A stretch of 63,687 nucleotides of DNA, counting the filler, from Choristocarpus tenellus KU-1152 (lineage: Eukaryota > Protista > Phaeophyceae): NCBI GenBank assembly GCA_964200185.2. It is 7 parts of 7 records of this genome, joined end to end, with 100 filler letters (N's around TTAATTAATTAA, not from the genome) between each part and the next. Parts side by side here need not be neighbours in the genome. Positions count along the whole stretch, not along the records: positions 60,919 to 63,687 come from CAXNAD020024909.1; 6 more parts are not named here. The stretch is one strand, 5' to 3'. Each line of letters begins with the position of its first letter. The first letter of the stretch is position 1. Position numbers and translations under genes: made by a program. The notes under the pieces were generated by a model, which was not told the DNA's origin, did no database searches, and saw nothing but the letters and a program-made list of their open reading frames with translations. Shown here piece by piece: positions 62,170 to 63,687 of the stretch.

Positions 62170-63609
62170 AACTGCAGGACAGCATGATCATATGTTTACT
62201 TTCAGTGTTAGCGGAAATTACATGTGTCTAAACTTGTTACCACAAAGTGTTTTTTTTTCATATATCACTAGCTTACATTGGTGTCGGGAAGAGAGTGTTA
62301 TGTTACCTAGGTAGGGGCAGTGTAGTACGTTTTGTCTTGTGTACAGTGATAGTGGCATAACTTTGTGTTCTGAAGTTTACGTGGGATCAGGCCTCCAGAA
62401 TGTGTTGTATGTAGATTTGCTGTGAGTTGAACATCATAGCCGATTGTAGGTTGTATCTATCATGTCGAGAGGGTATATTGAACCCATAAGCAAATAGTAG
62501 TCAGAAGAGAAACAAAACAACACAATGCTCGAAGAAAACACATAATACCTCTCTCGAACTAATACAGAAATATTTAAAAGTAGATATATACTCTTGTACA
62601 TTTGTTGGGTTGCAGACCAAGGCATACACACCACTCGCTAGCACCCAATAGCTGGGGGAAAGGTGTTACCAATGCTTCCAACATTGCCAAGTTCTTAATG
62701 AGAAAAGGTGAGGTCAGGGTTCCATCCGGCCCATCCATCTGAATGGGGTCTGACCTAGGATACTGTCCTTGGTACTTTGTGTGGTATCGTTTGTTGGTAA
62801 TGGGTAAATCGGAATGGGCTTGATTATTTATTATGCTACTGTGAGTAGATGACACACCTCCTTGGGTCTGTGGCCCTTCATACTAGAAATGACTGTTTTG
62901 TTATGTTAATCATTGGGCTCTTTTCTCTTAGTTCGTCAATGTTGTCTATATATATTTAAAAACAACGAAAGACACATACCAGTATTTACGATCCCGAAAA
63001 CCCCCCAAAATACGCTAATGATGATTTAGAGTTCCTAAAAACGACTCAAAAAGTCTCAGTTATTCTTATCTAATAGAGCGACCCACACATGACACTCTTA
63101 CTGATGCAAAACTTTATATAAATTTTATACTGATTGAATCAATTAAGAGTACCCCTGTTCTGCTGAGCTGAAGTTCGATAATCTGGGAATTGGACTTGAC
63201 TTGTACATCCTGGAAAGGTGAGCATCGAGGGGCGCCTGAAACATTAGGGTTAGGGTTTATGCAGTGGGCCGCCGATTTGATCAGGAAATTGGAGATTGCC
63301 GCTGACTAACTATGAGGGGCCTGTGGGTCTGTTTAAGGATATGATACACTGTACATTCAGGAGTGTAGAACCTACTAAAGTCCGCATGCTGTTGACGTCC
63401 TTCCACAGTTACACTCCGCTAAAGCAACAGATCCTTTGTACATCCATCAAGTCACCCCTTGCCAACACTCGAACAGTCTCGCCAGTGCCTCATCAAGAAA
63501 GATCCCGCGTTTCTTCTCTTGGAATACTGATACTCCCTTCTTTGCTGCTGCTGTGGACGGAAGACGAGCAAGCTTCGGTGTTCTGCGCCGATCCACAAAG
63601 GTAGCCAAT

Positions 63610-63687
63610 GACCCAAAGCATCTGGGGGTGGTGGAGGGTCTACACCAGGGTGTCCATTTGGAGCAAAACCAGGAAAGGTGCACTTAC
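63610..63687. mobile_element. MITE family A copy running off the window end
   Basis: gacccaaagcatctgggggt...ggtctacaccagggtgtccatttg, matching the copy at 43478. Confidence 0.85.

Overview
This is eukaryotic, intron-rich genomic DNA. It consists of seven unrelated contigs joined by artificial 100-nt linkers (N44-TTAATTAATTAA-N44), so adjacency across linkers has no meaning. The organism is inferred to be a photosynthetic stramenopile, probably a brown alga, from a signal peptide + AFA-F plastid-targeting motif, TTAGGG repeats and the gene and TE content. Complete spliced genes reconstructed by hand: mitochondrial phosphate carrier, thylakoid-type FKBP, complex I NDUFS4, a SAM methyltransferase, an HSPA12-type Hsp70 and a NAP/SET histone chaperone. 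Partial genes: RPB7, an Aurora-like kinase, a germin/spherulin cupin and a sulfotransferase-like protein. Mobile DNA includes a recurrent TIR MITE family (about 10 copies or ends, two subfamilies, one with an internal palindrome), 3' fragments of an RLE-type non-LTR retrotransposon, Copia and probable Gypsy remnants, and a solo-LTR-like repeat. The most unusual signals are (i) many short interstitial TTAGGG/CCCTAA tracts inside introns and at a retroelement breakpoint, (ii) the MITE family and its hairpin, and (iii) an inverted pair of RLE-LINE 3' ends. The sequence alone does not demonstrate a new multi-gene system; these are leads, not proofs.
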